Shown here: positions 35,501 to 49,183 of the stretch, piece after piece
Layout of the letters: the number at the start of each line of letters is the position of its first letter
Position numbering within the stretch: position 1 is the first letter of the stretch
Origin: Zootoca vivipara
Lineage: Eukaryota
Assembly: GCF_963506605.1 (NCBI RefSeq)
Contig: NC_083288.1
Location: 22,010,001-22,074,000, forward strand
DNA length: 64,000 nt
Direction of reading: 5' to 3'
Program-made: the position numbers and the translations under genes
The notes under the pieces: generated by a model
Database searches by the model: none
What the model saw: only the letters and a program-made list of their open reading frames with translations
Told to the model about the DNA's origin: nothing

Positions 35501-37904
35501 GATGGTGGGTGGGGGATGATTGCTGCCTCAGCCTTCTTGGGAGAAGGGTGGGATTTAAAATGTTTCTATAATTAGTGCAATATTGAATGTCCGTGCTTTA
35601 AAAATGCTGTATCATTATTTGACTGGCCAAATGCGCAACCACAACTCTACTGACAGATAAGCCCTCAGTAATACTGTGTCTTCCTCCTCATATTTTGGCC
35701 TAACAGCTCCCCTCTCGGACACCTACTGTATGTGTTTGGGGTTTTTTTGTCTGCCACTGTCCTTGAACCAATCCAACTGCAGATTCACACAGACCTCAAA
35801 GCCCCCTTACTTTGCTTATGCATCAGCCCTCCTGTGGGTCTGCCCTGCTGATCCCACTCTGGTCCCAATCATGCTTAGAAAGCCCAGCACTGGGATTTAA
35901 TAATGAAAGTTACTCCTGCTTCTCGCCTGGGTCACCAAATTTCAGGATCCTACCCAACCCATATCTCAGAGAGATCTGTGATTAAGAAGTAGGGGACCCT
36001 ACAAAAAAGCCCAGTGCAGCTGGTTTCACTTTCAATTTATTAAACTCACGTATTGCTTCCCACTAATTTTCTTTTTAATCCCAAAGAAATGTACAACCAA
36101 ATTTTAAAAAATGTGATTATGAGATCACATAAACATATCAAAAACAGATTTCTTAATGCAATATTATATTATCGGTGCTGCCTGAGAAAACAAAAGTATA
36201 TTTGCATGGGGCCAAAACAATGGCAAGGTTGGCACCAAGTGAGCCTCCCTGGGGAGATAATTCCATAAACAGGGGGCTACGACCCATTCTCTCATCACCA
36301 CCCTTTGGACTTCCCTCAGAGGCAGCACACAGGCAAGGGCCTTGGATAATGATCGCAGGATCTGAGGAAGTGCAAGATCCCCCAAGGTAGCCTGAAGAGT
36401 CAGCCTCACCTTGGCCCCCTGATAACCCCTCGGACCATTTCCCAAGCCCTGCCTTGACCCGGTTCTCTTCCTTCACTGCTGCCTCCACCACCAAGTCTCA
36501 AGCGCAAAGGTGGCAACAGAGCTGGTAAAGTAGCCCAGTGTTGCTGCCAGGCGTTCCTGTTTAGCTGCCAGGAAGGTTCTGTTGCCAGTGGTCTTCTCTG
36601 GAGCAAGGCACTACCCAGGAGGAGGAAGAAGCTCGAGTAAATAATGACCCAGCAGATGATCAGGAAGAGGAGGAGCTAATGGAAGCTGTGGGCCTTGCTG
36701 GGTTAGCAGCTTCCTACAGAGCAGCCTTGTTCACTGCCAACTCTCATACCAAGTGCTGGTCATGAGCTGAAAAGAAAAGAAAGTCAAGCCCTGGCTTCTG
36801 TGTGGAGCAGAGTTATATAAGACTCTATGAAGTGATCCTGCATTAAATATATACTGATGGAGTCCATTTTAAAAGGGGATGTGTACATGGCCCTTAAAAT
36901 GGCTATTGAGAATATTTTATTATGTTCATTAGCATGGATGGTGGTGCTAATCTACAAGAGAAAGAAAGCACAAAGAAAATACTGCTCCACTGAGTGTCTC
37001 AAACTAGCAAGAGGAAGCTGTTTTGCCTGGAGAGGCCCATGCTGGGGGAAAACAGAGTATGCTTCAAAACTTCAAAGGAAACTTAATCCACACATGCAAA
37101 GGTTTTTTTCAGAGCTTTGTCTGTTTCAAGTAATAACTCATAAGGTGCAAAAGGACTTGATTGCCCTGGTACAATGAGTCCTTGGATCATTCCAGGTCCA
37201 TTAACCCATCCTTTCCTGTTTGTGCCTTACTAGCATGGACTTGGTCTTTAAAATTTGGCCACTACAAGCAAGTGTCTTCTGACTTATACATGAGCTGTGG
37301 AAAGCAAAACCCTACAGATCACTTTGTTGAGAATGAATTGGGCATTACTTCCCTCTAGCCACTGTGGTCAGGCTTCTCCCATGTACCTGGGGTCAGCCTA
37401 AGACATTTTGGTGTCCAAATGGGACACGCCACCCCATCAACAATAATTAACACGCACCACAGCACTGGTTCACTACCAGGAATTTGTCCTGCAGAAGCTT
37501 AATTGAAACAAACCAGAGTCACCTCCTAAGTTCAGGATACTTTGCTCCCCAAAACAAAATATATAGGCAAAAGGTACTATATAAAGAGAAGGTGTATCAT
37601 GCCATATATATAAAAGTACAGTCTTATACTTCAATTAATTCCTACTTCATATCTTATGGTGATCATGTTAATGCAGTCCATCTCCCCACTGAGATTTCTG
37701 CGGTTGCATGTGAAGTCTCCGCCTCTCTCAGGACCTTTCCCGCATTTGGTTCGCCTCCCCATTTCCAGTCCTACCCCCATCTTATCCTTACAACAGCTCT
37801 GTACGGCAGGTTAGGCCAAGAGATGGTGGTGGGCTCAGGATAACCCAGCCAGCTTCGTGGCGGAGTAGGCATTTGAACCCACATCTCCTGGGTCTGCAAG
37901 GTGT

Positions 37905-38085
37905 TCAGCAGTGGAACAGGCTGCCTCAGACAGTGGCAAGATCCCAATCATCACTGGGTTTTTCAGCAGAGGTCTGGGACCCATCCAGCAGGGATACTGT
38001 AGCTGTGAATTCATTGCATTGGTAGGGGTTGGCCCTAGCCCTAGATGATCTCTGAGGTTCCTTCCAACTCTATGATTTTATGACT
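37905..38085 (+). mobile_element. Degenerate CR1 3' end
   Basis: cagtggaacaggctgcctc...ctagatgatctctgaggttccttccaactctatgatt. Confidence 0.65.
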
Positions 38086-38182
38086 TAAGGCACCACAGCA
38101 AGCTGGCTCACTACCTTGAGGGGCTATTCTAGGGATTATGTGTGTGAAGCATGTGAAACACTCAGAAAGTACTATATAAGCA

Positions 38183-38221
<39 letters not shown>
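38183..38221. repeat. (ATT)n microsatellite, probably a retroposon tail
   Basis: Direct reading. Confidence 0.9.
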
Positions 38222-38222
<1 letters not shown>

Positions 38223-39296
38223 TACATATGGAGCACACTAAGGGTGACTGGATAGATTATGACCTCCACCGCACATTTTATTACCCACTGAAACATTGTG
38301 AAAAGTCCATTCTCCTTCTGTGTACAGCTGGATGGTTAAGAAACATCAGGGGGAAACATACATTACATCAATATTATGCACCTTCAATCTATATCAGGGA
38401 AACGCAATGGGAGCAACCTCTACAAACTTCATTTTTCATTTTGCAAGAATGTTCTCGATCCCAAAATAGCCTCTCCCTGGGTGAATCAGTAATAGCTTGG
38501 GGTTCTCTAAATTCTGCACCACACAGCTCTGCAGCAAGTTGGGGAGACTGTAGGAAACTGCAGCCTGCAACATCCCTAGACAAGCTTTCTCTTACTCATT
38601 TGTCCATTCATATCAGTGAATGTGGCACTTTACAGAATGACATACATAAGAGGTCTCTGCCCCATGACACTTACAGTCTAAAATTTTGATAGAAAAAGAG
38701 GGTGGGGGGGAGGAAGGAAAGACACAGTAGTTCCACTGCCTGAAAGAAAAAAGTATTTGCTGTCTCTGGAAAGAAACTTGAAAGAGTTCCTTTTCCATCA
38801 GCTTTGGCTCAGGGAAGGCCAAGCCTACACACCCGGGGGCAACATAGTGGCAGGTCCTTAAAAGAGGTTCCCCTTGCTCCAACGAAGCTGAATGTTGGAA
38901 GATTCAGACCAGACAAGAGAAAGGACTTATTCATGTATCACATAGTGAAATTTTGGAAATGAAAGAGAATTGGACAAATTGAGTGCTTTTTTTCTTTAAA
39001 AATGTTTACTCTCATTTTCCTACTCACATTGAAATAGTGCCCCTCAACGAGGTGAAACTTAAATTCACAAAATGTTTAGGGGTATGCATACCCCTGCGTT
39101 GTCGTCACCCCACCCCCCAAAAAAAATCACTGGATAAATTCATGGTGGATAAGGGCTATCAATGGCTACATTCCACCTCCACTGTTGGGGGCCATATGTC
39201 TCTGAATAGCAGCTGCTGGGGGAATCCCAAGTAGGAAGAGTGTTGCTGCACTCAGGTCTGCCTTGGGCCCTGTGAGCACAGGATACTGAACTAGAT

Positions 39297-39431
39297 CAGG
39301 ATCCCCAAACTTCGGCCCTCCAGATGTTTTGGACTACAATTCCCATCTTCCCCGACCACTGGTCCTGTTAGCTAGGGATCATGGGAGTTGTAGGCCAAAA
39401 CATCTGGAGGGCCGCAGTTTGGGGATGCCTG
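39297..39431. mobile_element. Palindromic hAT MITE (same family as 18486), nested in an old CR1 3' UTR
   Basis: Near-identical to 18486-18621; TSD aactagat/aactagac. Confidence 0.88.
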
Positions 39432-42000
39432 AACTAGACACACCTTTGGTCTGATAACAGAGCTCTTCTTACGATCTTAAAAGCCATATAACGAATAAGC
39501 GTGATTCCTGCATTGCAGAGGCTTGGACTAGATGACCCTCGGGATCCCTTCCAACTCTACAATTGTATTATTATTTGTGACGCTGTCTTATTCTGAGTCA
39601 GACCATTTGGATGTTTAGTCCACTACTGTCTACTCCAATTAGCAATGACTCCACATGGTCTCAGGCATGGATATTTCCCAAGGTCCTTTTAGCTGCAGAG
39701 GCCAGGGAGAAAACCTGGGACGCTTTCTGCATGCAGTGCTGAGCCCCAGAGGTTGTGTTAGCCAGCATAAACAACACTTTTTAAAAAAGCAACAAATATG
39801 ATATGACAATCAACATGGAATGTACCACTGTTTAAATCAGGAAGCAATTTTTTAAACTTGCTGTTTGTTTGTTTGTTTGACAAGATTTATATTCTGCTTG
39901 GTTGCCGAAATCCTCCAAGCAGTTTACTACTATGGAACTTGGAAACCAATTATTCATTTAGGCCCCTATGGTCCTTGTTGTTAGAACCCTGCACTCCGAT
40001 GGAATAATCAAGAGGGAGATCTCAGAAATAAACAGGGTTCTGTGTACACTGCATCAAGCTGTCGCCATAACTGAATTCTGCATCCTGTATAAATGATGCC
40101 AAACAAACCAGATGCACATATAGTGGGTTATTTTGCACAATTCGTTTTGCTTATTTTACACAATTTATGCTGCATCCATCAGAACAACAATGCAGGGCAC
40201 TAAAACCCTCTCCAATTCAGCCACTGAGATTTCACTGGGTGCTGTTTGCATCTTTTCAACTATCCTCACAACCTCAAGGGGTACAAACTCCGCATGCGCC
40301 ATTCAACATTAGAGATGTGATGGCCTGAAAAAAGAAGAGAAGAATAGGGGGCAACATATTCCCCACCGCCACTCCATTTTTCCATCCTAGGGCGCCTTTA
40401 TATCTCTATCCACCATTAAGCACTTTAGTTCTGTTTACTTCAATGAGAAAATAAAAGATTTCCCACTGAAAATGGCACAATGGTGCCATCAGGAAAAGAT
40501 TTTGGGACAGAAGCTAAGGGCCTCAGTCAGAAGAATAAGCAGGAGGGGCCTCATCAGCTTACCATATTTGAAGTGAGTGAAGTAATACAGAGTGAGGTCT
40601 CCAATGTGGTGCCCGTGGGCGCACCAGCACCCACAGATGTCTTCCTGGGTGCCCACAGGGTCCCTTCCCCCACCTGCTGACAATTCAGTCAAGGAATGAA
40701 AAGGGAGATTCCCAGGATGCTGAATTATCTCAATTGAATTAAATATTCTGTGCTTTTTTTTTTCTTCACTTGCAGAGAATCTTGGCTTGCAACTTTCCAC
40801 CCCATGCCAGAAATAACGAGTCTGAGTTCATTGGAGAATAGTAGTTACAAGATAGATGCGGGAAGACTAAGCAAATGAATCAGTCTTGCCCAGGTAAGCA
40901 GAGCAAAGCAGAAAGAGAGCAGAGTTGACAAGTGTTAGGTATGGGTGGCCCATTTCCAGTTTCTGAACAGAAGAGAAGGTAAGGTGTTTCGTTAAAAAGG
41001 TCACAAAAACATCTGAATCCCTACTCTAAAAGAAACCCTACCTACCCAGTCCCAGCCTGTATCCTTACCAAGGTAATAAATATGTCCACCTTTCATTGTT
41101 TCAACACCTTTTTCTGTTATTTTCGGTCATGCTCTGCCTCCTACTCTCTTCTATTCTGTGAAATAGCATCGTTTGTTTGTTTCTATGACTTATTGATATA
41201 TTACAAAGCATCTTAATGGCAAGAAATAGAACAAAGCCCATCTCTGTCTTCTGGAGGCCTGAGGAACAATGCTGAATATTAAGCGTTCAAAGCGCTTCCC
41301 AGACACAATTGTAGAATTTATCACAACTATTATGCTTGGTCAGTATCATTATCCCTATATCAGAGGTGATGGGCTGAAGCTGAGGAAGGTAGCTTGCCTG
41401 AGACTACCTGCTGAGTTTGTGGTGGGATTTTAGCCAAAGACCTGAATCCAGGGGGTGAAATGTATGGCTGGTGTTATATTGCGGGGGAAGAGGCATAGCA
41501 CAGTGAAAAAGCTTTAGTTTTGTATTCAGAAGGCCACAGCTTCAATCCCTGGCAGCCCATACCTGCTCCCCTAAAGTCTGATAGGACACCTCTGGCACCA
41601 GGCTCTGAAGATTGGCCCACAGACTCCTCAGAGAACTCCAAGAAGATATCCCCACAGTTTGAAACTCCAGGGCCTAAAACATGGGTGTCTGACCTGCGGC
41701 CCTCCAGATCAAGACCGGCCCACCCATGAAGCGGGGTGAAGCTGCCACCTCAGGCGGCAGAAACCTCTGAGGCTACATCCCCACTAATTTCCCACCTGCC
41801 CTGTAGGCTCCACCGCTGGTGGGGAAGAGGCACCAGCATCAATGCCAATTTCTGGTGAGATCTCGTGAAATATCACGGGAAAGTGGCAGAGGTGCAGCAG
41901 CAGTGCTGGAGGCAGCCACAGCAGGCAGGGAGGCACTTCCTGTTTTGCCACAAATGGCAACATGGGACGAGATGCGCCTGCTCCAGATATTGTGACAACA

Positions 42001-42150
42001 ATAACTCAGCTGGTTAGAGCACGGTGCTGATAATGCCAAGGTTGCATGCTTGATCTCCATATGGGACAGCTACATTTTCCGGCATCGTAGGGAGTTGGAC
42101 TGGATAATTCTCAGGGTCCCGTGGCATACTACAATTCTGTGATTCTATTA
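42001..42150 (+). mobile_element. tRNA(Ile)-headed SINE with CR1 tail (Squam2-like)
   Basis: taactcagctggttagagcacggtgctgataatgccaaggttgca head; gttggactgga...acaattctgtgattcta tail. Confidence 0.7.
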
Positions 42151-44589
42151 TTCTAACTCTCTTCCTCCCTAAACATTGGTCGTGCTGGCTGGGGCTGCTG
42201 GGAGCAACAGTGCAACAACATCTGGAGGGTCAAATGTTGGCGAACCCCTGGCTTAAGAGAAGCCAACAGCTGTAGAGGAAGGCAGTAGCCCTTTTAACTA
42301 GCCATGTGTAGCATTCAGAGGGTGAGGCCCCTCGTCAAGCAATACCTAGCCCAGGCTATGAAGATCTCCTAGTTGCTCCAGGGCAACTTGTATGCTGTAC
42401 CGTAGCTGCAGGACTGTGAACTGCGGTCCCAGGACACACACCTAGGTCCCTCTCCAAGGTGCTGATCCAACTTTTCTCTGCCTTCCTGTGTGCCTGGAAC
42501 ACTGGAGCTTTTCATCTCCTCTTTCCTTGAGCCATCATCACATATCCATGGTTTTGGGTATCCCCCTGGGGCAGGACAGGCCCTGCCACTGAAGGACCCC
42601 GTCCCTGGTACCCCAGATGGTGGTGGAATCTGGAGAAGTGTCATAGCTCAGGATGTAAAAATAGCCACTATGCTGCTTCGTTCCCTAAAGGAAACAAATT
42701 CTTTCCCTCCACACCCACATGACATAGGCAGCCTGAATCCCTCCTCATGCCAAGAATATTCAAATGCAGCCACCCTCCCCTCCCCTTCCCAATGGCATGC
42801 TGGCAGAACGAGAGGAGTGTGTGTCTGTGTGCGTACATTGGGAGGCCAGCTTACCACAGAGGGCAGAAGGCAGCTGTGCTGTCTCTAGCAATGACTGCCC
42901 AGTACAAATCAATGTACAGCAAAGAGAAGAATCAATTCCTATAATTAAATCCCAGCTTGTTTCATTTTTATTTAGTTAGAGGACTTCTCTTTTTTTCACC
43001 CCCTTTTGGCAGGCCTCCTCCCCGCATGGTTACAACGGGCCTCTTTGCTACAGTAAAGGTTTGGTCCGATGCCTGGTACCGCTGTTAGCTCCGCACAGTC
43101 TACGATTGGCTACAGGGCAGCTGGCTGGAGCTGGATGCCTTCTCAGTGAGAAGCCTGTGGCCGCTGGAGCACTGATCAACACTCCCTCTTTAGAGCACTG
43201 GAGAAGATGATGATGCAGCAGCCATAAAGAGGACATTGATGGAAAATAAGCACAAAGATCAGTTCCCCCGCATCTCGCACATTTGGCTTTTCACACAGAC
43301 ACAGGCAAGCAAAACAAGTGGGTTTTTCCAGCGGGGCTGCAGACGTTCAAGCTGTTTTTTTTGTGAATACTCAGTATCACAACTGGGGTGGGGGGAGCCC
43401 CTTCAGAAAAGCAGCATGAACCAGGACATGATGAGATGTCAAGTGGACCAGTTTGAAACACAAGAAATTGCAAAAGGAAAAGAGGGATGCCATGAGGGTA
43501 GGGGCACGGCAGGCATTTGCCGAAGAACCTGAAGTTTAGGGCATGTGTGTTGGCAGGGAATCCATCCTCATGAGCCTGGAAGAGTAACAGTGGGCACTTC
43601 CAGACTACTACTATTTTTGGGTAGGACTCAAGCACAATTATAGTGGGTTGGGAGCTCTTGCACAAAAGAAGTTGCTTCCCAACCCCCAATATTTGACTTT
43701 TTGAAGTGAGGGGAAATTGCACAGGAAGGTGTGGGTTAACATCTGCTTTGCCACAAGGTCATCTAGCCTCCCTGAAAACAAATCAGAGCAAATGCTCATT
43801 ATAAATAGTCATCACTGTCTTATCTCCCTGCAAATAAAACAGGACAAATGCTCATATGGAAATGTCCAGTATTGCCTGACCAAGTAGCCAGACCTATGGA
43901 CTGAAGCAAGGGTGGACAGACTTCAGTCCTGCAGGATCTTCTTGGTTATTGTTCTTTTACTTGAACCCCAAGGGTCATCAACCTGAGCCAAGTGATACAG
44001 CTAGAATTAAAATATTCAGAGCCTAGGAACCTGTCTTGAGTATCAGAACTCATAGTGCTTCCACTCAGAGTTAGCCCAAGCTTTCTACATTTCAGCAATA
44101 TAATTCAGAGTGGAAAGGGAATCATTTTGTTACTGCTACTGTTTAGTGATTTGGAGTCAGAAATCCTTGCTGATCTACTGCAAATCAACCAGAGATCTGT
44201 CAGAAGATCCAGCTCTACCATCTGCCCAAGCCCTGGGCTAAATGACCACAGAGGAAAGGCTAGGCTGGTCATTATGACATACTGGATATCCTAAAAGAAT
44301 GCCAATCTGGAAACCAGGAGTATAACAAACAGCAGTGATCTGAATGACCAAGTACCGGTAGCAGGGTCACTGCCGAGGACCCCTGAAAGGACTGTTATTA
44401 TTTTACCCAGTGTATACCTTGCGACTTAAGTAAGGTTAATGGGCTGAATAGTTCAATATGCTGATGTTTTAAGAGAAATAGCTACACAGGGCACATCTGC
44501 GTGCTGTCCAATTCATCTTAATGCACTCTGAATGGAAGCCAAGCAGATTCGAGAGGTGATGAACTAGTGAGCTGTTGAAGAGGCCTTAA

Positions 44590-44720
44590 TACATAGGAAG
44601 CTACCTTATACTTGAGTCAGACCACTGGCCCATCTACAGACTAGTGGTCCTACCTGGAGATGCCAGGGGTTGAACCTGGGACCTTCTGCATGCAGAGTAG
44701 ATGCTTTATCAAAGAGATAT
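44590..44720 (-). mobile_element. tRNA-derived SINE fragment
   Basis: ctggagatgccaggggttgaacctgggaccttctgcatgca (B-box); related copies near 15680-15810, 39700 and 63630-63690. Confidence 0.55.
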
Positions 44721-46801
44721 GATGCTTCCCCCAAGGCAGAACAGTGTAGTGTGGAAAGGAAGCAGAATTAAGTGTTGCAATATGAGTCTCTCTGTCTCAT
44801 AAGAAAGGGACCCCAAAGTTTAGTTGCTGGTGGATGGGCCACACATTAGGACTTGGCTCTGCAGCCCATCCCAGTTTTGAATCCTTAGAGCTGTGTCAGC
44901 AATGCAGACTCTTTTCTCTGTACCCTTTTCAACACCTCCACTGCTTCCCACCCCTTTCTAGCAGTTGCTAAGCAACTGCAGGCTGTCCTCCCTGACCATC
45001 TCCAAGTCAATCTCCAGCCCTCAGGCTCCAGCACACAGGACAAAAATAATCCATCAATTCAAAGGCATGGGCCAGTAGTCCTCTGCTACTACTCCATCTC
45101 CCTAGTCTCCCACCCCCTGCTTCCTATGTGCCTCTATTCCCCATGAAAATAAAGACATCAGACTTTGTGGAGGTTTTTAAAAATGTATTTAAGAGTCAAA
45201 CTGATCTAGTTCAGCATTCAGCTAGGTGCCATAACAAACGTCACAAGCAGTCCAGAAATTGATGGCAGCAGAGCTGGTGTTTCACAGAGTGGCTATGAAC
45301 CAAGTGCTCCTGGTTCAAATCTCACTTCAAGACCGAACTCAACAGTTCAGGTGTGGGAAACCTTTATCCCTCAGGTTGTTGCCATTACAGTATTGGCCAT
45401 GCTTGCTGGGGTTGATGGTAGTGGTAGTTCGACAACATCAGGAGGGCCAAATTTCCCCTCGCCTGCAGTATGCAGTCTTTGGCAAGACACTCATGCTGAG
45501 TCCCAGTCCCTTCCCCTTGAGTAATATGGGTTGGCTACACGGGGTTATTGTTAAGGAATACTGAGATAAATCTTTGAGTGCTAAGGAAATAGGAAATATA
45601 AATATACCTCTCCAGCAGGGTGGGAGGAGACAGAAGCAAGTGCAAGTGGGACTTGCAACAAATTGTAGTGGTTTGGATTGCTGCTCTACAGGGCTCCAGC
45701 ATTCCCTGCTCCCATTTTCCCATCTCCTCCTCACCTGCAGTCTTTCATGCATGCTCAGTCATCATTGAGCTGTTTTGCGGGGGGCGTCCCCCTAAAATTT
45801 CTTTCCCCGCTAAATATATTTTGTACTTTTGCAAGCCTTTGGGAATCTCCCGAGTCTGCTAATGCCCTCCACCCCCTCCTGTGTATGGGTGGTGCTGTTT
45901 CGGCTACATAAGCAACGACACTCGCAGTTTGAGAACATCGGAAATGGAAGGAATCATAAATACCAAGCATTATGATTTTCCCAATAACTGTGCATGAAAT
46001 TCAACAGCTGTGGAGGGGCGTTTGAGAAGGAATAGGGAGTGCCTTCCCTCTTACCTTCCCCTCAACCCACCCACTTGCTTCTTTCACCCTTCCCCACTTA
46101 ACCCCACACACTCCTGCCATCAGAGCTCCTCAGCCTGTTTCAGCTCCTCCCTCCTTGCTGGGCCCCACTACCAACTTTTACTGCTAACTTACCTCACTCC
46201 CCCCTCCAGTGCTGCTGGCTCCAGTCTTTTTTTGAGGTGGTATGACAATCTTCCATCCCAACACTGAGAGTGCTTGACCAGGAAGGCTGTGCCTTGCTGT
46301 GTTGCTGGGCAGCCTAACAGGGCATGATTTTCTGAGGCTACAGTCATCCAGAGCACTACATGCTCCATTTAGCCCCATCCTGAAGTGAGTTCCTGAGATG
46401 GAGATGGGCAACACATATCATAGCACTCTTCCAACCGAAGAACTGGCCTTGTTTCCCTAGTTCTGTTTCCCTATCCCTTTCAGTACTCCTGTTTTCCTCT
46501 CGCTAAAGCACAGCAAAGAGATGGGATTTGGGGAACTGTCTATTTATATATACAAGTAATTATCGACCCCAGTCCCTAGATTCTGGCTGAAAGAAGTAAC
46601 TTGGCCCCAAAGCAGAAGGCTCCACTGCTGGCTATCATGGTTTGAAAATACTAGGGAGACTATTCCTCTTGTGCCTTGATTTGAAAAGTGGCTTATTCTA
46701 TTATTATTCTATGATGGCCATCAAAACACACTGTAGCAAAGAGTTTCATGGATTATATACATGCAGAGTGAAGTAGTTTTTCCTTTTTGTTCCAGTGATG
46801 A

Positions 46802-47010
46802 AGGAAGAAGAAGAGTTTGGATTTGATATCCCGCTTTATCACTACCCTAAGGAGTCTCAAAGCGGCTAACATTCTCCTTTCCCTTCCTCCCCCACAACAA
46901 ACACTCTGTGAGGTGAGTGGGGCTGAGAGACTTCAGAGAAGTGTGACTAGCCCAAGGTCACCCAGCAGTTGCATGTGGAGGAGCGGAAACATGAACACGG
47001 TTCACCAGAA
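46802..47010 (-). mobile_element. MIR/CORE-type tRNA-derived SINE with (TTC) tail
   Basis: gtctcaaagcggctaaca...ccccacaacaaacactctgtgaggtgagtggggctgagaga...gactagcccaaggtcacccagc (CORE-like); B-box at the 5' end. Confidence 0.7.
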
Positions 47011-47014
47011 GGAA

Positions 47015-47320
47015 CCGGAAGGAAGAAGCATATCTTGTTTTCTCCTGCTCTGGAGGATAGGACCTGAACCCATGGCTTCGTTACAAGAAAGGAGATTCCT
47101 TAGTAAATATCAGGAAGACCTTTCTGATGAGAGGAGCCGTTCCATGGTGGAATGGGCTCCCCCGGAAGGTGGTGGGCTCTCCTTCCCTTGGAGGCTGTTA
47201 AGCAGAGGTTAAGTGGCCATCTGTCTTGGATGCTTGGATTGAGATTCCTGCCTTGCAGGGGGTTGGACTAGATGACCCTTGGGGTTACCTTCCAACTCTT
47301 ACCATTCCATGGTTCTATAT
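47015..47320 (+). mobile_element. CR1 3' fragment
   Basis: ttacaagaaaggagattcc...ctctccttcccttggaggct...ggttggactagatgacccttggg...ccttccaactct. Confidence 0.75.
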
Positions 47321-49113
47321 TTTTAAAATGCAGTGTCTTTCTCTGGTGAGCCTAGTCTCTGCCCTGCTGACTCCTTTAAGCTCCCCAACTCCTCCCTGAC
47401 TCACACACCCTTTGAAACTCTTCCTTCCTTGCCCTGTGTCACTCTGTCCTCCTCAGCAGTCTGATTCTAAACAAAGGGGAAAGTTCCAAACCTCTCTATT
47501 GTATTATACGAGCAAAGTGGTTGCTTGTGTACCTAAGCACAGAATCTATTTTATTTTTTGATTCAACAATGTTGCAGCACTTCTACGAACGTAAAAGGCC
47601 GTTTTTTGCTTAGAAATGTCTTTCTTTGCCCACCACCAAACATTGAGAACCCCACAAACCTCAGATTTATTCATCTTTGTCGCTAGCTTTATTATCAGCA
47701 CATAAATTTCGATTTTCAAATCTTCCCTACTGCCAACAGATCAAGGCCAGGCACCGTGGTCTGGAGTAAAGGGGCAGGTGAGGACAGGGGCAAAACAGAG
47801 AACTTTTCAGAACTGGGCAACTCCCACCTTAGAGGCCAGATCACACACACACTTAGGGGGGAAAAATCCTTCTGTTGCTCTGTCAAGGATAGCATATGAA
47901 AGAAACACAAAGGGCTGCTGCTTCTCCAAACCCTTAAGCAAATCTCTCTTGCCTTTTAGAATTCCCACTTCCCCCAAGGTTTCTTTTTGCTGCTGCAAAT
48001 GAATTAAAATGCATGCACCTACGCATGTCTTATCTGTATTGTCTTATCAGTATCTGTATTGGATTTGAAATCACTTTTATATATGAAATTATTTTAAATA
48101 GCTTTTTGTAAATGCAATCGTCTTCATGTTTTGTTGTGAAACTGCCCAGAGACGCTTCAAACGAAGTAACTAATGAATTAAATTATTGTTGTTATTAATG
48201 ATAATGTCTTATCATATGGCAAATGGAATAGCAATAGCACATTAAATGATCTAAAACTTGAGCGTTATCCTATTTGCCTCGTATTCATGTTTAATTTCAC
48301 TCCCTTCTTTTTAAAACTGCATCAGTGCCAGGAGGGAGGGAGGTGAAGATAAGAAGATTCCTGCCCTGTGTGTCCCCGTGAAATGCAGGAGGGGTGTGGG
48401 TTTCACCCCTCCAGGGAGCTGTTAAGCTGCTTTTGTGCACTTCTTGCAAAAGTCAAGGCAGAGGCTCCCTCTTCAAGACACCTGCATAGCTAAGGTAAGA
48501 TGCCCCTGGAATTGTGACAACCCCAGGCCATTATGTAGTTGCCTCCGTGGCTAAGCCAGTCGTAACCCCAACATCAACCATCTCTCCATTTCCTTACTCC
48601 TCCCATCAGAGACCGGTCTCCCACCATAAGATTCTTCTCTTCCAGACCCTCTTGTGAACCTCAAGTGGACACCCAACTCGATCACAAGCTCTTCCCTTGA
48701 AAGAGGCTGGCACATGGTAGCTGGCCAAGTGGGGTGAGGGTGAAGAGAGAGAAAGAACCTTGCTAGGTGATGGGGGGGAGGAGAGAGAGAGAGAGAATTT
48801 CACATATCTAAGATGCCTCCAACACATACATGTGCGTGCACAACATCTCCCGGGAAACGTGTTTCTTAACCATCCGTCATGCATGTCCCCACACAAGCAT
48901 CCTATATTCTGCATCACAAAGGTGAGAGAAAGAAAGAAATCAATGCATTATTTTCCGTTCTCCCATCTCCTATATCTGATGTGGCTTTCTCTTCTTTATT
49001 TTGGTCCTGCACGGATGCTCAGAGAAGGAAGCAAAGAATCCCCAAGTTGGAGATGCAACCTGAAATCCAAAGGGTCCCCCACTCTGCAATCACACTCAAG
49101 CTACTGAGTAGAC

Positions 49114-49183
49114 GAAGAAGAAGAAGAAGAAGAAGAAGAAGAAGAAGAAGAAGAAGAAGAAGAAGAAGAAGAAGAAGAAGAAG
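49114..49183. repeat. Pure (GAA)n microsatellite
   Basis: About 23 uninterrupted units. Confidence 0.95.
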
